A stretch of 64,000 nucleotides of DNA, taken from contig OZ024740.1 in assembly GCA_964016885.1 (NCBI GenBank), forward strand, positions 63,116,001 to 63,180,000. Direction: 5' to 3'. Below are positions 25,418 to 40,400 of the stretch, in pieces. Numbering within the stretch: position 1 is the stretch's first letter; the number at the start of each line of letters is the position of its first letter. Below the pieces are notes generated by a model. That model ran no database searches and was not told the DNA's origin. It saw only the letters and a program-made list of their open reading frames with translations. Source of the DNA: Eledone cirrhosa. Lineage: Eukaryota. The position numbers were made by a program, and so were the translations under genes.

Positions 25418-28400
25418 GATAGCTGGAGATGTGTGTGATGGCTAGAGATGTGTGTGATGGCTAGAGATGTGTGTGATGGTTAGAGATGTGTGTGATGGCT
25501 AGACATGTGTGTGATGGCTAGAGATGTGTGTTATGGCTAGATATATGTGTGATGGCTAGAGATCTGTGTGATGGCTAGAGATGTGTGTGATGGTTAGAGA
25601 TGTGTGTGATGGCTAGACATGTGTGTGATGGCTAGAGATGTGTGTTATGGCTAGATATATGTGTGATGGCTAGAGAGATAGCGTATTGCGTGGTATATGC
25701 GGATGTTTTAAATGTGAGTGTGTATTATATGATAGCTGGAGATGTGTGTGATGGTTAGAGATGTGTGTTTTGGCTAGAGATGTGTGTGATGGTTAGAGAT
25801 GTGTGTGATGGCTAGACATGTGTGTGATGGCTAGAGATGTGTGTTATGGCTAGATATATGTGTGATGGCTAGAGATCTGTGTGATGGCTAGAGATGTGTG
25901 TTATGGCTAGAGATGTGTTATGGCTAGAGATCTGTGTGATGGCTAGAGATGTGTGTTATGGCTAGAGATGTGTTATGGCTAGAGATCTGTGTGATGGCTA
26001 GAGATGTGTGTTATGGCTAGAGATGTGTGTTATGGCTAGAGACAAGTGTGATAGCTAGAGATGTGTGTTATGGCTAGAGATGTGTGTTATGGCTAGAGAT
26101 GTGTGTTATGGCTAGAGATGTGTTATGGGTGGAGATGTGTGTGATAGCTAGAGACATGTGTTATGGCTAGAGATGTGTGTTATGGATAGAGATGTATGTG
26201 ATGGCTAGAGATGTGTGTTATGGCTGGAGATGTGTGTTATGGCTAGAGATGTGTGTTATGGCTAGACAAGTGTCTGATAGCTAGAGATGTGTGTTATGGC
26301 TAGAGATGTGTGTTATGGCTAGAGATGTGTGTTATGGCTAGATATGTGTGTTATGGCTAGACATGTGTTATGGCTAGAGATGTGTGTTATGGCTAGAGAT
26401 GTGTGTGATGGCTGCAGAGATATGTGTGATGGTTAGAGATGTGTGTGATGGCTAGAGATGTGTGTGATGGCTAGAGATGTGTGTGATAGCTGGAGATGTG
26501 TGTGATGCCTAGAGATGTGTGTGATGGCTGGAGATGTGTGTGATGGCTAGAGATGTGTGTTATGGTTAGAGATGTGTAGGATGGCTAGAGATGTGTGTGA
26601 TGGCTAGTGATGTGTGTTATGGCTAGAGATGTGTGTGTTGGCTAGAGATGTGTGTGATAGCTAGAGATGTGTGCAATAACTGGAGATGTGTGTGATGCCT
26701 AGAGATGTGTGTGATGGCTGGAGATGTGTGTGATGATTAGAGAGATGTGTGTGATGGTTAGAGATGTGTGTGATGGCTAGAGATCTGTGTGATGGCTAGA
26801 GATGTGTGTGATGGGCTAGAGATGTGCGTGATGGCTGGAGATGTGTGTGTTGGCTAGAGATGTGTGTGATGGCTAGAGAGATGTGTGTTATGGCTGGAGA
26901 TGTGTGTGATGGCTAGATAGATGTGTGTGATCGATGGAGATGTGTGTTATGGCTGGAGATGTGTGTGACGGCTAGAGATGTGTGTTATGGCTAGAGATGT
27001 GTGTGATGGCTAGAGATGTGTGTGATGGCTAGAGATAAGTGTTTGATCGCTAGACATGTGTGTTATGGCTAGAGATGTGTGGGATGGCTAGAGATGTGTG
27101 TTATGGCTAGAGATGTCTGTGATGGCTAGGGATATGTGTGTGATCGCTAGAGATGTGTGTGATCGCTAGAGATGTGTGTGATTGCTAGAGATGTATGTTA
27201 TGGCTGGAGATGTGTGTGATGGCTAGAGATGTGTGTGATGGCTAGAGATGTGTGTGATAGCTGGAGACGTGTGTGATGGCTAGAGATGTGTGTGATGGCT
27301 AGAGATGTGTGTGATGGGCTAGAGATGTGTGTGATGGCTGGAGATGTGTGTTATGGCTAGAGATGTGTGTGATAGCTGGAGACGTGTGTGATGGCTAGAG
27401 ATGTGTGTGATGGCTAGAGATGTGTGTGATGGCTAGAGATGTGTGTGATGGATAGAGATGTGTGTGATGGCTAGAGATGTGTGTGATAGCTGGAGACGTG
27501 TGTGATGGCTAGAGATGTGTGTGATGGCTAGAGATGTGTGTGATGGCTAGATATGTGTGTTATCGCTAGAGATGTGTAGGATGGCAAGAGATGTGTGTGA
27601 TGGCTAGTGATGTGTGTGATGGCTAGATAGATGTGTGTGATCGATAGAGATGTGTGTTATGGCTGGAGATGTGTGTGATGGCTAGAGATGTGTGTGATGG
27701 CTAGAGATATGTGTGTGATCGCTAGACATGTGTGTTATGGCTAGAGATGTGTGTGATAGCTAGAGATGTGTGTTATGGCTAGACATGTGTGATAGCTAGA
27801 GATGTGTGTTATGACTAGAGATGTGTGTTATGGCTAGAGATGTATGTGATGGCTAGAGACGTGTGTGATGACTAGAAATATGTGTGTGATAGCTAGAGAT
27901 GTGTGTTATGGCTAGACATGTGTTATGGGTGGAGATGTGTGTGATAGCTAGAGACATGTGTTATGGCTAGAGATGTGTGTTATGGATAGAGATGTATGTG
28001 ATGGCTAGAGATGTGTGTTATGGCTGGAGATGTGTGTTATGGCTAGAGATGTGTGTTATGGCTAGAGATGTGTGCTATGGCTGGAGATATGTGTGATGGC
28101 TAGAGATGTGTGCTATGGCTGGAGATGTGTGTGCTGGCTGGAGACGTGTGTTATGGCTATACATGTGTTATGGCTAGAGATGTGTGTTATGGCTAGAGAT
28201 GTGTGTTATTGGTCGAGATCTGTGTTATGGCTAGACATGTGTTATGTCTAGAGACGTGTGTTATGGCTAGACAAGTGTGTGATAGCTAGAGATGTGTGTT
28301 ATGGCTAGAGATGTGTGTTATGGCTAGAGATGTGTGTTATGGCTAGATATGTGTGTTATGGCTAGATATGTGTTATGGCTAGAGATGTGTGTTATGGCTA

Positions 28401-31400
28401 GAGATGTGTGTGATGGCTGCAGAGATATGTGTGATGGTTAGAGATGTGTGTGATGGCTAGAGATGTGTGTGATGGCTAGAGATGTGTGTGATAGCTGGAG
28501 ATGTGTGTGATGCCTAGAGATGTGTGTGATGGCTGGAGATGTGTGTGATGGTTAGATATGTGTGTTATCGTTAGAGATGTGTGTGATGGCTAGAGATGTG
28601 TGTTATGGTTAGAGATGTGTAGGATGGCTAGAGATGTGTGTGATGGCTAGTGATGTGTGTTATGGCTAGAGATGTGTGTGTTGGCTAGAGATGTGTGTGA
28701 TAGCTAGAGATGTGTGCAATAACTGGAGATGTGTGTGATGCCTAGAGATGTGTGTGATGGCTGGAGATGTGTGTGATGATTAGAGAGATGTGTGTGATGG
28801 CTAGAGATCTGTGTGATGGCTAGAGATGTGTGTTATGGCTAGAGATGTGTGTGATGATTAGAGAGATGTGTGTGATGATTAGAGATGTGTGTGATGGCTA
28901 AAGATCTGTGTGATGGCTAGAGATGTGTGTGATGGGCTAGAGATGTGCGTGATGGCTGGAGATGTGTGTGTTGGCTAGAGATGTGTGTGATGGCTAGGGA
29001 TATGTGTGTGATCGCTAGAGATGTGTGTGATCGCTAGAGATGTGTGTGATCGCTAGAGATGTATGTTATGGCTGGAGATGTGTGTGATGGCTAGAGATGT
29101 GTGTGATGGCTAGAGATGTGTGTGATAGCTGGAGACGTGTGTGATGGCTAGAGATGTGTGTGATGGCTAGAGATGTGTGTGATGGGCTAGAGATGTGTGT
29201 GATGGCTGGAGTTGTGTGTTATGGCTAGAGATGTGTGTGATGGCTAGAGATGTGTGTGATGGATAGAGATGTGTGTGATGGCTAGAGATGTGTGTGATAG
29301 CTGGAGACGTGTGTGATGGCTAGAGATGTGTGTGATGGCTAGAGATGTGTGTGATGGCTAGATATGTGTGTTATCGCTAGAGATGTGTAGGATGGCAAGA
29401 GATGTCTGTGATGGCTAGTGATGTGTGTGATGGCTAGATAGATGTGTGTGATCGATAGAGATGTGTGTTATGGCTGGAGATGTGTGTGATGGCTAGCGAT
29501 GTGTGTGATGACTAGAGATGTGTGTGATGGCTAGAGATATGTGTGTGATCGCTAGACATGTGTGTTATGGCTAGAGATGTGTGTTATGGCTAGAGATGTG
29601 TGTGATCGCTAGAGATGTGTGTGATAGCTAGAGATGTGTGTGATAGCTGGAGACGTGTGTGATAGCTAGAGATGTGTGTGATGGCTGGAGATGTGTGTGT
29701 TATGGCTGGAGATGTGTGTGATGGCTAGAGATATGTGTGATGGCTAGAGATGTGTGTTATGGCTAGAGATGTGTGTGATGATTAGAGAGATGTGTGTGAT
29801 GGTTAGAGATGTGTGTGATGGCTAGAGATCTGTGTGATGGCTAGAGATGTGTGTGATGGGTTAGAGATGTGCGTGATGGCTGGAGATGTGTGTGTTGGCT
29901 AGAGATGTGTGTGATGGCTAGAGAGATGTGTGTTATGGCTGGAGATGTGTGTGATGGCTAGATAGATGTGTGTGATCGATAGAGATGTGTGTTATGGCTG
30001 GAGATGTGTGTGACGGCTAGAGATGTGTGTTATGGCTAGAGATGTGTGTGATGGCTAGAGATGTGTGTGATGGCTAGAGATAAGTGTTTGATCGCTAGAC
30101 ATGTGTGTGATGGCTACAGATGTGTGGGATGGCTAGAGATGTGTGTTATGGCTAGAGATGTCTGTGATGGCTAGGGATATGTGTGTGATCGCTAGAGATG
30201 TGTGTGATCGCTAGAGATGTGTGTGATCGCTAGAGATGTATGTTATGGCTGGAGATGTGTGTGATGGCTAGAGATGTGTGTGATGGCTAGAGATGTGTGT
30301 GATAGCTGGAGACGTGTGTGATGGCTAGTGATGTGTGTGATGGCTAGAGATGTGTGTGATGGGCTAGAGATGTGTGTGATGGCTGGAGATGTGTGTTATG
30401 GCTAGAGATGTGTGTGATAGCTGGAGACGTGTGTGATGGCTAGAGATGTGTGTGATGGCTAGAGATGTGTGTGATGGCTAGAGATGTGTGTGATGGATAG
30501 AGATGTGTGTGATGGCTAGAGATGTGTGTGATAGCTGGAGACGTGTGTGATGGCTAGAGATGTGTGTGATGGCTAGAGATGTGTGTGATGGCTAGATATG
30601 TGTGTTATCGCTAGAGATGTGTAGGATGGCAAGAGATGTGTGTGATGGCTAGTGATGTGTGTGATGGCTAGATAGATGTGTGTGATCGATAGAGATGTGT
30701 GTTATGGCTAGAGATGTGTGTGATGACTAGAGATGTGTGTGATGGCTAGAGATATGTGTGTGATCGCTAGACATGTGTGTTATGGCTAGAGATGTGTGTT
30801 ATGGCTAGAGATGTGTGTGATCGCTAGAGATGTGTGTGATAGCTAGAGATGTGTGTGATAGCTGGAGACGTGTGTGATAGCTAGAGATGTGTGTGATGGC
30901 TGGAGATGTGTGTGTTATGGCTGGAGATGTGTGTGATGGTTAGAGATATGTGTGATGGCTAGAGAGATGTGTGTGATGGGTGGATATGTGTGTGATTACG
31001 AGAGATGTGTGTAATAGCTAGAGATGTGTGTTATGGCTAGACATGTGTGTGATGGATAGAGGTGTATGTTATGGCTAGAGATGTGTGTTATGGCTAGAAA
31101 TGTGTGTGATGGCTAGAGATGCGTGTGATGGCTAGAGATGTGTGTGATAGCTAGAGATGTGTGTGATGGCTAGAGATGTGTGTCATGGCTAGAGATGTGT
31201 GTGATGTCTAGGGATGTGTGTGATGGCTAGAGATGTGTGTTATGGCTAGAGATGTGTGTTATGGCTAGATATGTGTGTGATGACTAGAGATGTGTGTGAT
31301 GGCTAGGGATGTGTGTGATGGCTAGGGATATGTGTGTGATGGCTGGAGATGTGTGTGAGGGTTCGAGATGTGTGTGATGGCTAGAGATATTGTTAGCTAG

Positions 31401-34400
31401 AGATGTGTGTGATAGCTTGAGATGTGTGTGCTGCCTAGAGGTGTGTGTGATGGCTAGAGATGTGTGTGATGGCTAGAGATGTGTGTGATGGCTAGAGATG
31501 TGTGTGATGGCTAGAGATGTGTGTTATGACTGGAGACGTGTGTGGTGGCTGGAGATATGTGTGTGATGGCTGGAGATGTGTGTGATGGCTAGAGATGTGT
31601 GTTATGGCTAGAGATGTGTGTGATGGCTAGAGATGTGTGTGATGCCTAGAGATGTGTGTGGTGGCTAGATATGTGTGTTATGGCTAGAGATGTGTGTGAT
31701 GGCTAGAGATGTGTGTGATGCCTAGAGTTGTGTGCGGTAGCTAGATATGTGTGTGATGGCTAGAGATGTGTGTGGTGGCTGGAGATGTGTGTGATGGCTA
31801 GAGAGATGTGTGCGATGGTTAGAGATGTGTGTGTGATTACGAGAGATGTGTGTTATGGCTAGAGACGTGTGTGATGGCTAGAGATTTGTGTGTGATCGCT
31901 AGGGATGTATGTTATGGCTAGAGATGTGTGTGATGGCTAGAGATGTGTGTGTTGGCGAGAGGGGTGTGTGTGATGGCTAGACATGTGTGTTATGGCTAGA
32001 GATGTGTGTGATGGCTAGAGATGTGTGTGATGGCTAGATATGTTTGTGATTGCTGGAGACGTGTGTGATGGCTAGAGATGTGTGTGATGGCTAGAGATAT
32101 GTGTGTGATGGCTAGAGATGTGTGTTATGGCTATAGATGTGTGTTATGGCTAGAGATGTGTGTTATGGGTGGAGATGTGTGTGATGGGCTGGAGATGTGT
32201 GTGATGGCTAGAGATGTGTGTGTTGGCTAGAGATGCGTGTCATGGCTAGAGATGTATGTGATGGCTAAATAGATGTGTGTGATGGCTAGAGATGTGTGTT
32301 ATCGTTAGAGATGTGTGTTATGACTAGAGATGTGTGTGATGGTGGAGATGTGTGATGGCTAGAGATATGTGTGTGATCGGTAGAGATGTGTGTTATGGCT
32401 ACAGATGTGTGGGATGGCTAGAGAGATGTGTGTGATGGCTAGAGATGTGTGTGATGGTGGAGATGTGTGTTATGGCTGGAAATGTGTGTTCTGGCTAGAG
32501 ATATGTGTGATGGCTAGAGAGATGTGTGTGATGGCTGGAGATGTGTGAGATGCTTAGAGATGTGTGTGATGGCTAGAGATGTGTGTTATGGCTAGAGATG
32601 TGTGTGATGATTAGAGAGATGTGTGTGATGGTTAGAGATGTGTGTGATGGCTGGAGATATTGTTATCTAGAGATGTGTGTGATAGTTGGAGATGTGTGTT
32701 ATGGCTAGAGATGTGTGTGATGGCTAGAGAGATGTGTGTGATCGCTAGAGATGTGTGTTATCGCTAGGGATGTGTGTGATGGCTATATATTTGTGTTATA
32801 GCTAGAGATATGTGTGATGGCTAGAGATGTGTGTGATGGCTAGAGAGATGTGTGTTATGACTGGGGATGTGTGTTATGGCTAGAGATGTGTGTGATGGCT
32901 AGAGATGTGTGTTATTGCTAGAGATTCGAGTGATGGCTAGAGATGTGTGTGATCGCTAGATATGTGTGTTATGTCTAGAGATGTGTGTGATGGCTACAGA
33001 TGTGTGTGATGGCGGCAGAGATGTATGTGATGGTTAGAGATGTGTGTGATGGATAGAGATGTGTGTGATGGCTTGAGATGTGTGTGATATCTGGAGATGT
33101 GTGTGATGGCTGGAGATATGTGTGATTGCTAGAGAGATGTGTGTGATGACTGGAGATGCGTGTGATGGCTCGATATGTGTGTTATGGCTAGAGATGTGTG
33201 TGATGGCTGGAGATGTGTGTGATGGCTAGAGATGTGTGTTATGGCTAGAGATGTGTGTGATAGCTAGAGTTGTGTGTGATGGCGAGAGAGATGTGTGATG
33301 GCTAGAGATGTGTGTGATGATTAAAGAGATGTGTGTGATGGTTAGAGATATGTGTGATGGCTAGAGATGTGTGTGATGATTAGAAAGATGTGTGTGATGG
33401 TTAGAGATGTGTGTGAAGGCTAGAGATGTGTGTGATGGCTAGATATGTGTGTTATGGCTAGAGATGTGTGTGATCGCTAGAGATGTATGTTACGGCTGGA
33501 GATGTGTGTGATAACTAGACATGTGTGTGATAGCTGGAGACGTGTGTGATGGCTAGAGATGTGTAGGATGGTTAGATAGATGTGTGTGATGGCTAGTGAT
33601 GTGTGTTATGGCTAGAGATGTGTGTGTTGGCTAGAGATGTGTGTGATGGCTAGATAGATGTGTGTGATGGCTTGTGATGTGTGTTATGGCTAGAGATGTG
33701 TGTGATGGCTAGAGATGTGTGTGATGGCTAGAGAAATGTGTGTGATGGCTAGATATGTGTGTGATTACGAGAGATGTGTGTGATGTCTAGATAGATGTGT
33801 GTGATGGATAGAGAGATTGTGTGATGACTAGAGAGATGTGTGTGATGGCTAGATATGTGTTGTATCGTTTGAGATGTGTGTTATGGCTAGTGTTGTGTGT
33901 CATGGGTAGAGTTGTGTGTGATGTCTAGAGAGATGTGTGTAATGGTTGGAGATGTGTGTTATGGCTAGAGATGTGTGTGATGGCTAGAGATGTGTGTGAT
34001 AGCTAGAGACGTGTGTGATGGCTAGAGATATGTGTGTGATCGGTAGAGATGTGTGTTATGGCTAGAGATGTGTGTTATGGCTAGAGATGTGTGTGATGAC
34101 TGGAGCTGTGTGTGATGTCTAGGGATGTGTGTGATGGCTAGAGATGTGTGTGATGGCTGGAGATGTGTGTGATGACTAGAGAGATGTGTGCGATGGCTAG
34201 AGATATGTGTGATGTCTAGGGATGTGTGTGATGGCTAGAGATGTGTGTGATGGCTACAGATGTGTGTTATGGCTAGAGACGTGTGTGATGGCTAGAGATA
34301 TGTGTTTGATCGCTAGGGATGTGTGTGATGGCTAGAGATGTGTGTGATGGCTGGAGATGTGTGTGATGGCTAGAGAGATGTGTGTTATGGCTAGAGATGT

Positions 34401-37400
34401 GTGTGATGGCTAGACATGTGTGTTATAGCTAGAGATGTGTCTGATCGCTAGAGATGTTTGTTATGGCTAGAGATGTATGTGATGGCTGGAGATGTGTGTG
34501 ATGGCTAGAGATGTGTGTGATGGCTAGAGATGTGTGTTATGGCTATAGATGTGTGTGATGGCTAGAGATGTGTGTGATGGCTAGAGATATGTGTGTGATG
34601 GCTAGAGATGTGTGTTATGGCTATAGATGTGTGTGATGGCTAGAGATGTGTGTGATGGCTGGAGATGTGTGTTATGGCTATAGATGTGTGTTATGGCTAT
34701 AGATGTGTGTGATGGCTAGAGATGTGTGTGATGGCTAGAGATATGTGTGTGATGGCTAGAGATGTGCGTTATGGCTATAGACGTGTGTTATGGCTATAGA
34801 TGTGTGTGATGGCTGGAGATGTGTGTGATGGCTGGAGATGTGTGTGATGGCTAGAGATGTGTGTGCTGGCTAGAGATATGTGTGTCATCGCTAGAGATGT
34901 GTGTGATGGCTAGAGATGTGTGTGTCATCGCTAGAAATGTGTGTGATGGCTGGAGATGTGTGTGATGGCTAGAGATATGTGTGGTGGCTAGAGATGTGTG
35001 TGATAGCTGGAGATGTGTGTGATGGCTAGAGAGATGTGTGCGATGGCTAGAGATGTGTGTGATGTCTAGAGATGTTTGTGATGGCTAGAGATGTGAGTGT
35101 CATCGCTAGAGATGTGTGTGATGGCTAGAGATGTGTGTGCTGGCTAGAGATATGTGTGTCATCGCTAGAGATATGTGTGATGGCTAGAGATGTGTGTGGT
35201 GGCTAGAGATGTGTGTGATGGCTGGAGATGTGTGGGATGGCTAGAGAGATGTGTGCGATGGCTAGAGATGTGTGTGATGTCTAGGGATGTGTGTGATGGC
35301 TAGAGATGTGTGTTATGACTAGAGATGTGTGTGATGGCTACAGATGTGTGTGATAACTAGAGATTTGTGTGATGACTAGAGATATGTGTGATGGCTAGAG
35401 AGATGTGTGTGATGTCTAGAGATGTGTGTGATGGCTGGAGATGTGTGTGATGGCGAGAGAGATGTGTTATGGCTAGAGATGTGTGGGAGGTCTAGAGATG
35501 TGTGTGATGGCTAGAGATGTGTGTGATGTCTATGGATGTGTGTGATGGCTAGAGATGTGTGTGATGGCTAGAGATGTGTGTGATGGCTAGAGAGATGTGT
35601 GTTATGGCTAGAGATGTGTGTGGTGGCTAGAGAGATGTGTGTTATGGCTAGAGATGTGTGTGATGGCTAGAGATGTCTGTGGTGGCTACAGATGTGTGTG
35701 ATGGCTGGAGATGTGTGTGATGGCTAGAGATGTGTGTTATGGCTAGAGATTGTGTGATGGCTAGAGATATGTGTGTGATCGCTAGGGATGTATGTTATGG
35801 CTAGAGATGTGTGTGATGGCTAGAGATGTGTGTGATGGCGCGAGAGGTGTGTGTGATGGCTAGACATGTGTGTTATGGCTAGAGATGTGTGTGATCGCTA
35901 GAGATGTTTGTTATGGCTGGAGATGTGTGTGATGGCTAGAGATATTTGTGATGGCTAGAGATGTGTGTGATAGCTGGAGACGTGTGTGATGGCTAGAGAT
36001 GTGTGTGATAGCTAGCGATGTGTGTGATGGCTAGATAGATGTGTGTGATGCATAGAGATGTGTGTCATGGCTAGAGATAAGTATGTGATCGCTAGAGATG
36101 TGTGTGATGGCTAGAGATGTGTGTTATGACTGGGGATGTGTGTTATGGCTAGAGATGTGTGTGATGGCTGGAGAGATGTGTTATGACTAGAGATTCGAGT
36201 GATGGTTTGAGATGTGTGTTATGGCTAGAGATGTGTGCGATGGCTAGAGATGTGTGTGATCTCTAGGGATTTGTGTGATGGCTAGAGATGTGTGTTATGG
36301 CTAGAGATGTGTGTGATGGCTAGAGACGTGTGTGATAGCTGGAGACGTGTCTGATGGCTAGAGCTGTGTGTGATGGCTAGAGATGTGTGTGATAGCTAGA
36401 GAAGTGTGTGATGGATAGATAGATGTGTGTGATGCCTAGAGATGTGTGTCATGGCTAGAGATAAGTGTGCAATCGCTAGAGATGTGTGTGATGGCTAGAG
36501 ACGTGTGTTATGGCTGGAGATGTGAGTGCTGGCTGGGGAAATGTGTGATGGCTAGAGATGTGTGTTATGGCTAGAGATATGTGTGATGGCTAGTGATGTG
36601 TGTTATGTCTGGAGATGTGTGTTATGGCTAGAGATGTGTGTGATGGCTATAGAGATGTGTGCGATGGCTAGAGATGTGTGTGATGTCTAGGGATGTGGGT
36701 GATGGCTAGAGATGTGTGTTATGGCTAGAGATGTGTGTGATGGCTAGAGATGTGTGTGATAGCTAGAGATGTGTGTGATGGCTAGTGATGTGTGTGATGG
36801 CTAGAGATGTTTGTGATGGCTAGTGATGTGTGTGATGGCTAGAGATGTTTGTGATTGCTGGAGACGTGTGTGATGGCTAGAGATGTGTGTGATGGCTAGA
36901 GATGTGTGTGATGGCTAGAGATGTGTGTTATGGCTAGAGATGTGTGTGATGGCTAGAGAAATGTGTGTGATGGCTAGAGATGTGTGTTATGGCTGGAGAT
37001 CTGTGTTATGGCTATAGAGATGTGTGCGATGGCTAGAGATGTGTGTGATGTCTAGGGATGTGGGTGATGGCTAGAGATGTGTGTTATGGCTAGAGATGTG
37101 TGTGATGGCTAGAGATGTGTGTGATGGCTAGAGATGTGTGTGATGGCTAGAGATGTGTGTGATAGCTAGCGATGTGTGTGATGGCTAGATAGATGTGTGT
37201 GATGCATAGAGATGTGTGTCATGGCTAGAGATAAGTGTGTGATCGCTAGAGATGTGTGTGATGGCTAGAGATGTGTGTTATGACTGGGGATGTGTGTTAT
37301 GGCTAGAGATGTGTGTGATAGCTGGAGAGATGTGTTATGGCTAGAGATTCGAGTGATGGTTTGAGATGTGTGTGATGGCTAGAGATGTGTGTGATGGCTG

Positions 37401-40400
37401 GAGAGATGTGTGTGATGTTTTGAGATGTGTGCGATGGCTGGAGATGTGTGTTATGGCGAGAGATGTGTGCGATGGCTAGAGATGTGTGTGATGTCTAGGG
37501 ATTTGTGTGATGGCTAGAGATGTGTGTTATGGCTAGAGATGTGTGTGATGGCTAGAGACGTGTGTGATAGCTGGAGACGTGACTGATGGCTAGAGCTGTG
37601 TGTGATGGCTAGAGATGTGTGTGATAGCTAGAGAAGTGTGTGATGGATAGATAGATGTGTGTGATGCCTAGAGATGTGTGTCATGGCTAGAGATAAGTGT
37701 GCAATCGCTAGAGATGTGTGTAATGGCTAGAGACGTGTGTGATAGCTAGAGATGTGTGTGATGGCTAGAGACGTGTGTTATGGCTGGAGATGTGAGTGCT
37801 GGCTGGGGATATGTGTGATGGCTAGAGATGTGTGTTATGGCTAGAGATATGTGTGATGGCTAGTGATGTGTGTTATGTCTGGAGATGTGTGTTATGGCTA
37901 GAGATGTGTGTGATGGCTATAGAGATGTGTGCGATGGCTAGAGATGTGTGTGATGTCTAGTGATGTGGGTGATGGCTAGAGATGTGTGTTATGGCTAGAG
38001 ATGTGTGTGATGGCTAGAGATGTGTGTGATAGCTAGAGATGTGTGTGATGGCTAGTGATGTGTGTGATGGCTAGAGATGTTTGTGATGGCTAGTGATGTG
38101 TGTGATGGCTAGAGATGTTTGTGATTGCTGGAGACGTGTGTGATGGCTAGAGATGTGTGTGATGGCTAGAGATGTGTGTGATGGCTAGAGATGTGTGTTA
38201 TGGCTAGAGATGTGTGTGATTGCTAGAGAAATGTGTGTGATGGCTAGAGATGTGTGTTATGGCTGGAGATGTGTGTTATGGCTAGAGATGTGTGTGATGG
38301 CTATAGAGATGTGTGCGATGGCTAGAGATGTGTGTGATGTCTAGGGATGTGGGTGATGGCTAGAGATGTGTGTTATGGCTAGAGATGTGTGTGATGGCTA
38401 GAGATGTGTGTGATAGCTAGAGATGTGTGTGATGGCTAGAGATGTGTGTGATGGCTAGAGATGTGTTTGATGGCGAGAGAGGTGTGTGTGATGGCTAGAG
38501 ATGTGTGTGATGGCTAGAGAGATGTGTGTGATGGCTAGATATGTGTGTGATTACGAGAGATGTGTGTGATGTCTAGATAGATGTGTGTGATGGATAGAGA
38601 GATTGTGTGATGGCTAGAGAGATGTGTGTGATGGCCAGATATGTGTGGTATCGTTTGAGATGTGTGTTATGGCTAGAGTTGAATGTGATGGGTAGAGTTG
38701 TGTGTGACGTCTAGAGAGATGTGTGTAATGGTTGGAGATGTGTGTGATGGCTAGAAATGTGTGTGATGGCTGCAGATGTGTGTTATGGCTGGAGATGTGT
38801 TGATGGCTGGAGATGTGTGTGATGGCTAGAGATGTGTGTGATGGCTAGAGATGTATGTTATGGCTAGACATGTGTTATGGCTGGAGATGTGTGTGATGGC
38901 TAGAGATGGGTGTTATGGCTAGAGATGTGTGTGATGGCTAGAGATATGTGTGTGATCGCTAGAGATGTGTGTGATGGCTAGAGAGATGTATGTGATGCCT
39001 AGAGATGTGTGTGATGGTGGAGATGTGTGTGATTTTCTGGAGATGTGTGTGATGGCTAGAGAGATGTGTGATGGCTGGAGATGTGTGTTATGGCTACAGA
39101 TGTGTGTGTGATGGCTGGAGATGTGTGTTATGGCTAGAGATGTGTGTGATGGCTAGAGATGTGTGTGATAGCTAGAGATGTGTGATGGCTAGAGATATGT
39201 GTGTGATCGGTAGAGATGTGTGTTATGGCTACAGATGTGTGTTATGGCTAGAGATGTGTGTGATGACTGGAGATGTGTGTGATGTCTAGGGATGTGTGTG
39301 ATGGCTAGAGATGTGTGTGATGGCTGGAGATGTGTGTGATGGCTAGAGAGATGTGTGCGATGGCTAGAGATATGTGTGATGTCTAGGGATGTGTGTGATG
39401 GCTACAGATGTGTGTTATGGCTAGAGACGTGTGTGATGGCTAGAGATATGTGTGTGATCGCTAGGGATGTGTGTGATGGCTAGAGATGTGTGTGATGGCT
39501 GGAGATGTGTGTGATGGCTAGAGAGATGTGTGTTATGGCTAGAGATGTGTGTGATGGCTAGACATGTGTGTTATGGCTAGAGATGTGTGTGATCGCTAGA
39601 GATGTTTGTTATGGCTAGAGATGTATGTGATGGCTGGAGATGTGTGTGATGGCTGGAGATGTGTGTGATGGCTAGAGATGTGTGTGATGGCTAGAGATGT
39701 GTGTTATGGCTATAGATGTGTGTGATAGCTAGAGACGTGTGTGATGGCTAGAGATATGTGTATGATGGCTAGAGATGTGTGTTATGGCTATAGATGTGTG
39801 TGATGGCTAGAGATGTGTGTGATGGCTGGAGATGTGTGTGATGGCTGGAGATGTGTGTGATGGCTAGAGATGTGTGTGCTGGCTAGAGATATGTGTGTCA
39901 TCGCTAGAGATGTGTGTGATGGCTAGAGATGTGTGTGTCATCGCTAGAGATATGTGTGATGGCTGGAGATGTGTGTGATGGCTAGAGATATGTGTGGTGG
40001 CTAGAGATGTGTGTGATAGCTGGAGATGTGTGTGATGGCTAGAGAGATGTGTGCGATGGCTAGAGATGTGTGTGATGTCTAGAGATGTTTGTGATGGCTA
40101 GAGATGTGTGTGTCATCGCTAGAGATGTGTGTGATCGCTAGAGATGTGTGTGATGGCTAGAGATATGTGTGGTGGCTAGAGATATGTGTGTCATCGCTAG
40201 AGATGTGTGTGATGGCTAGAGATGTGTGTGTCATCGCTAGAGATATGTGTGATGGCTGGAGATGTGTGTGATGGCTAGAGATATGTGCGATGTCTAGAGA
40301 TGTGTGTGATGGCTAGAGATGTGTGTGATGGCTAGAGATGTGTGTGATGGCTAGAGAGATGTGAGTTATGGCTAGAGATGTGTGTGATGTCTAGAGATGT

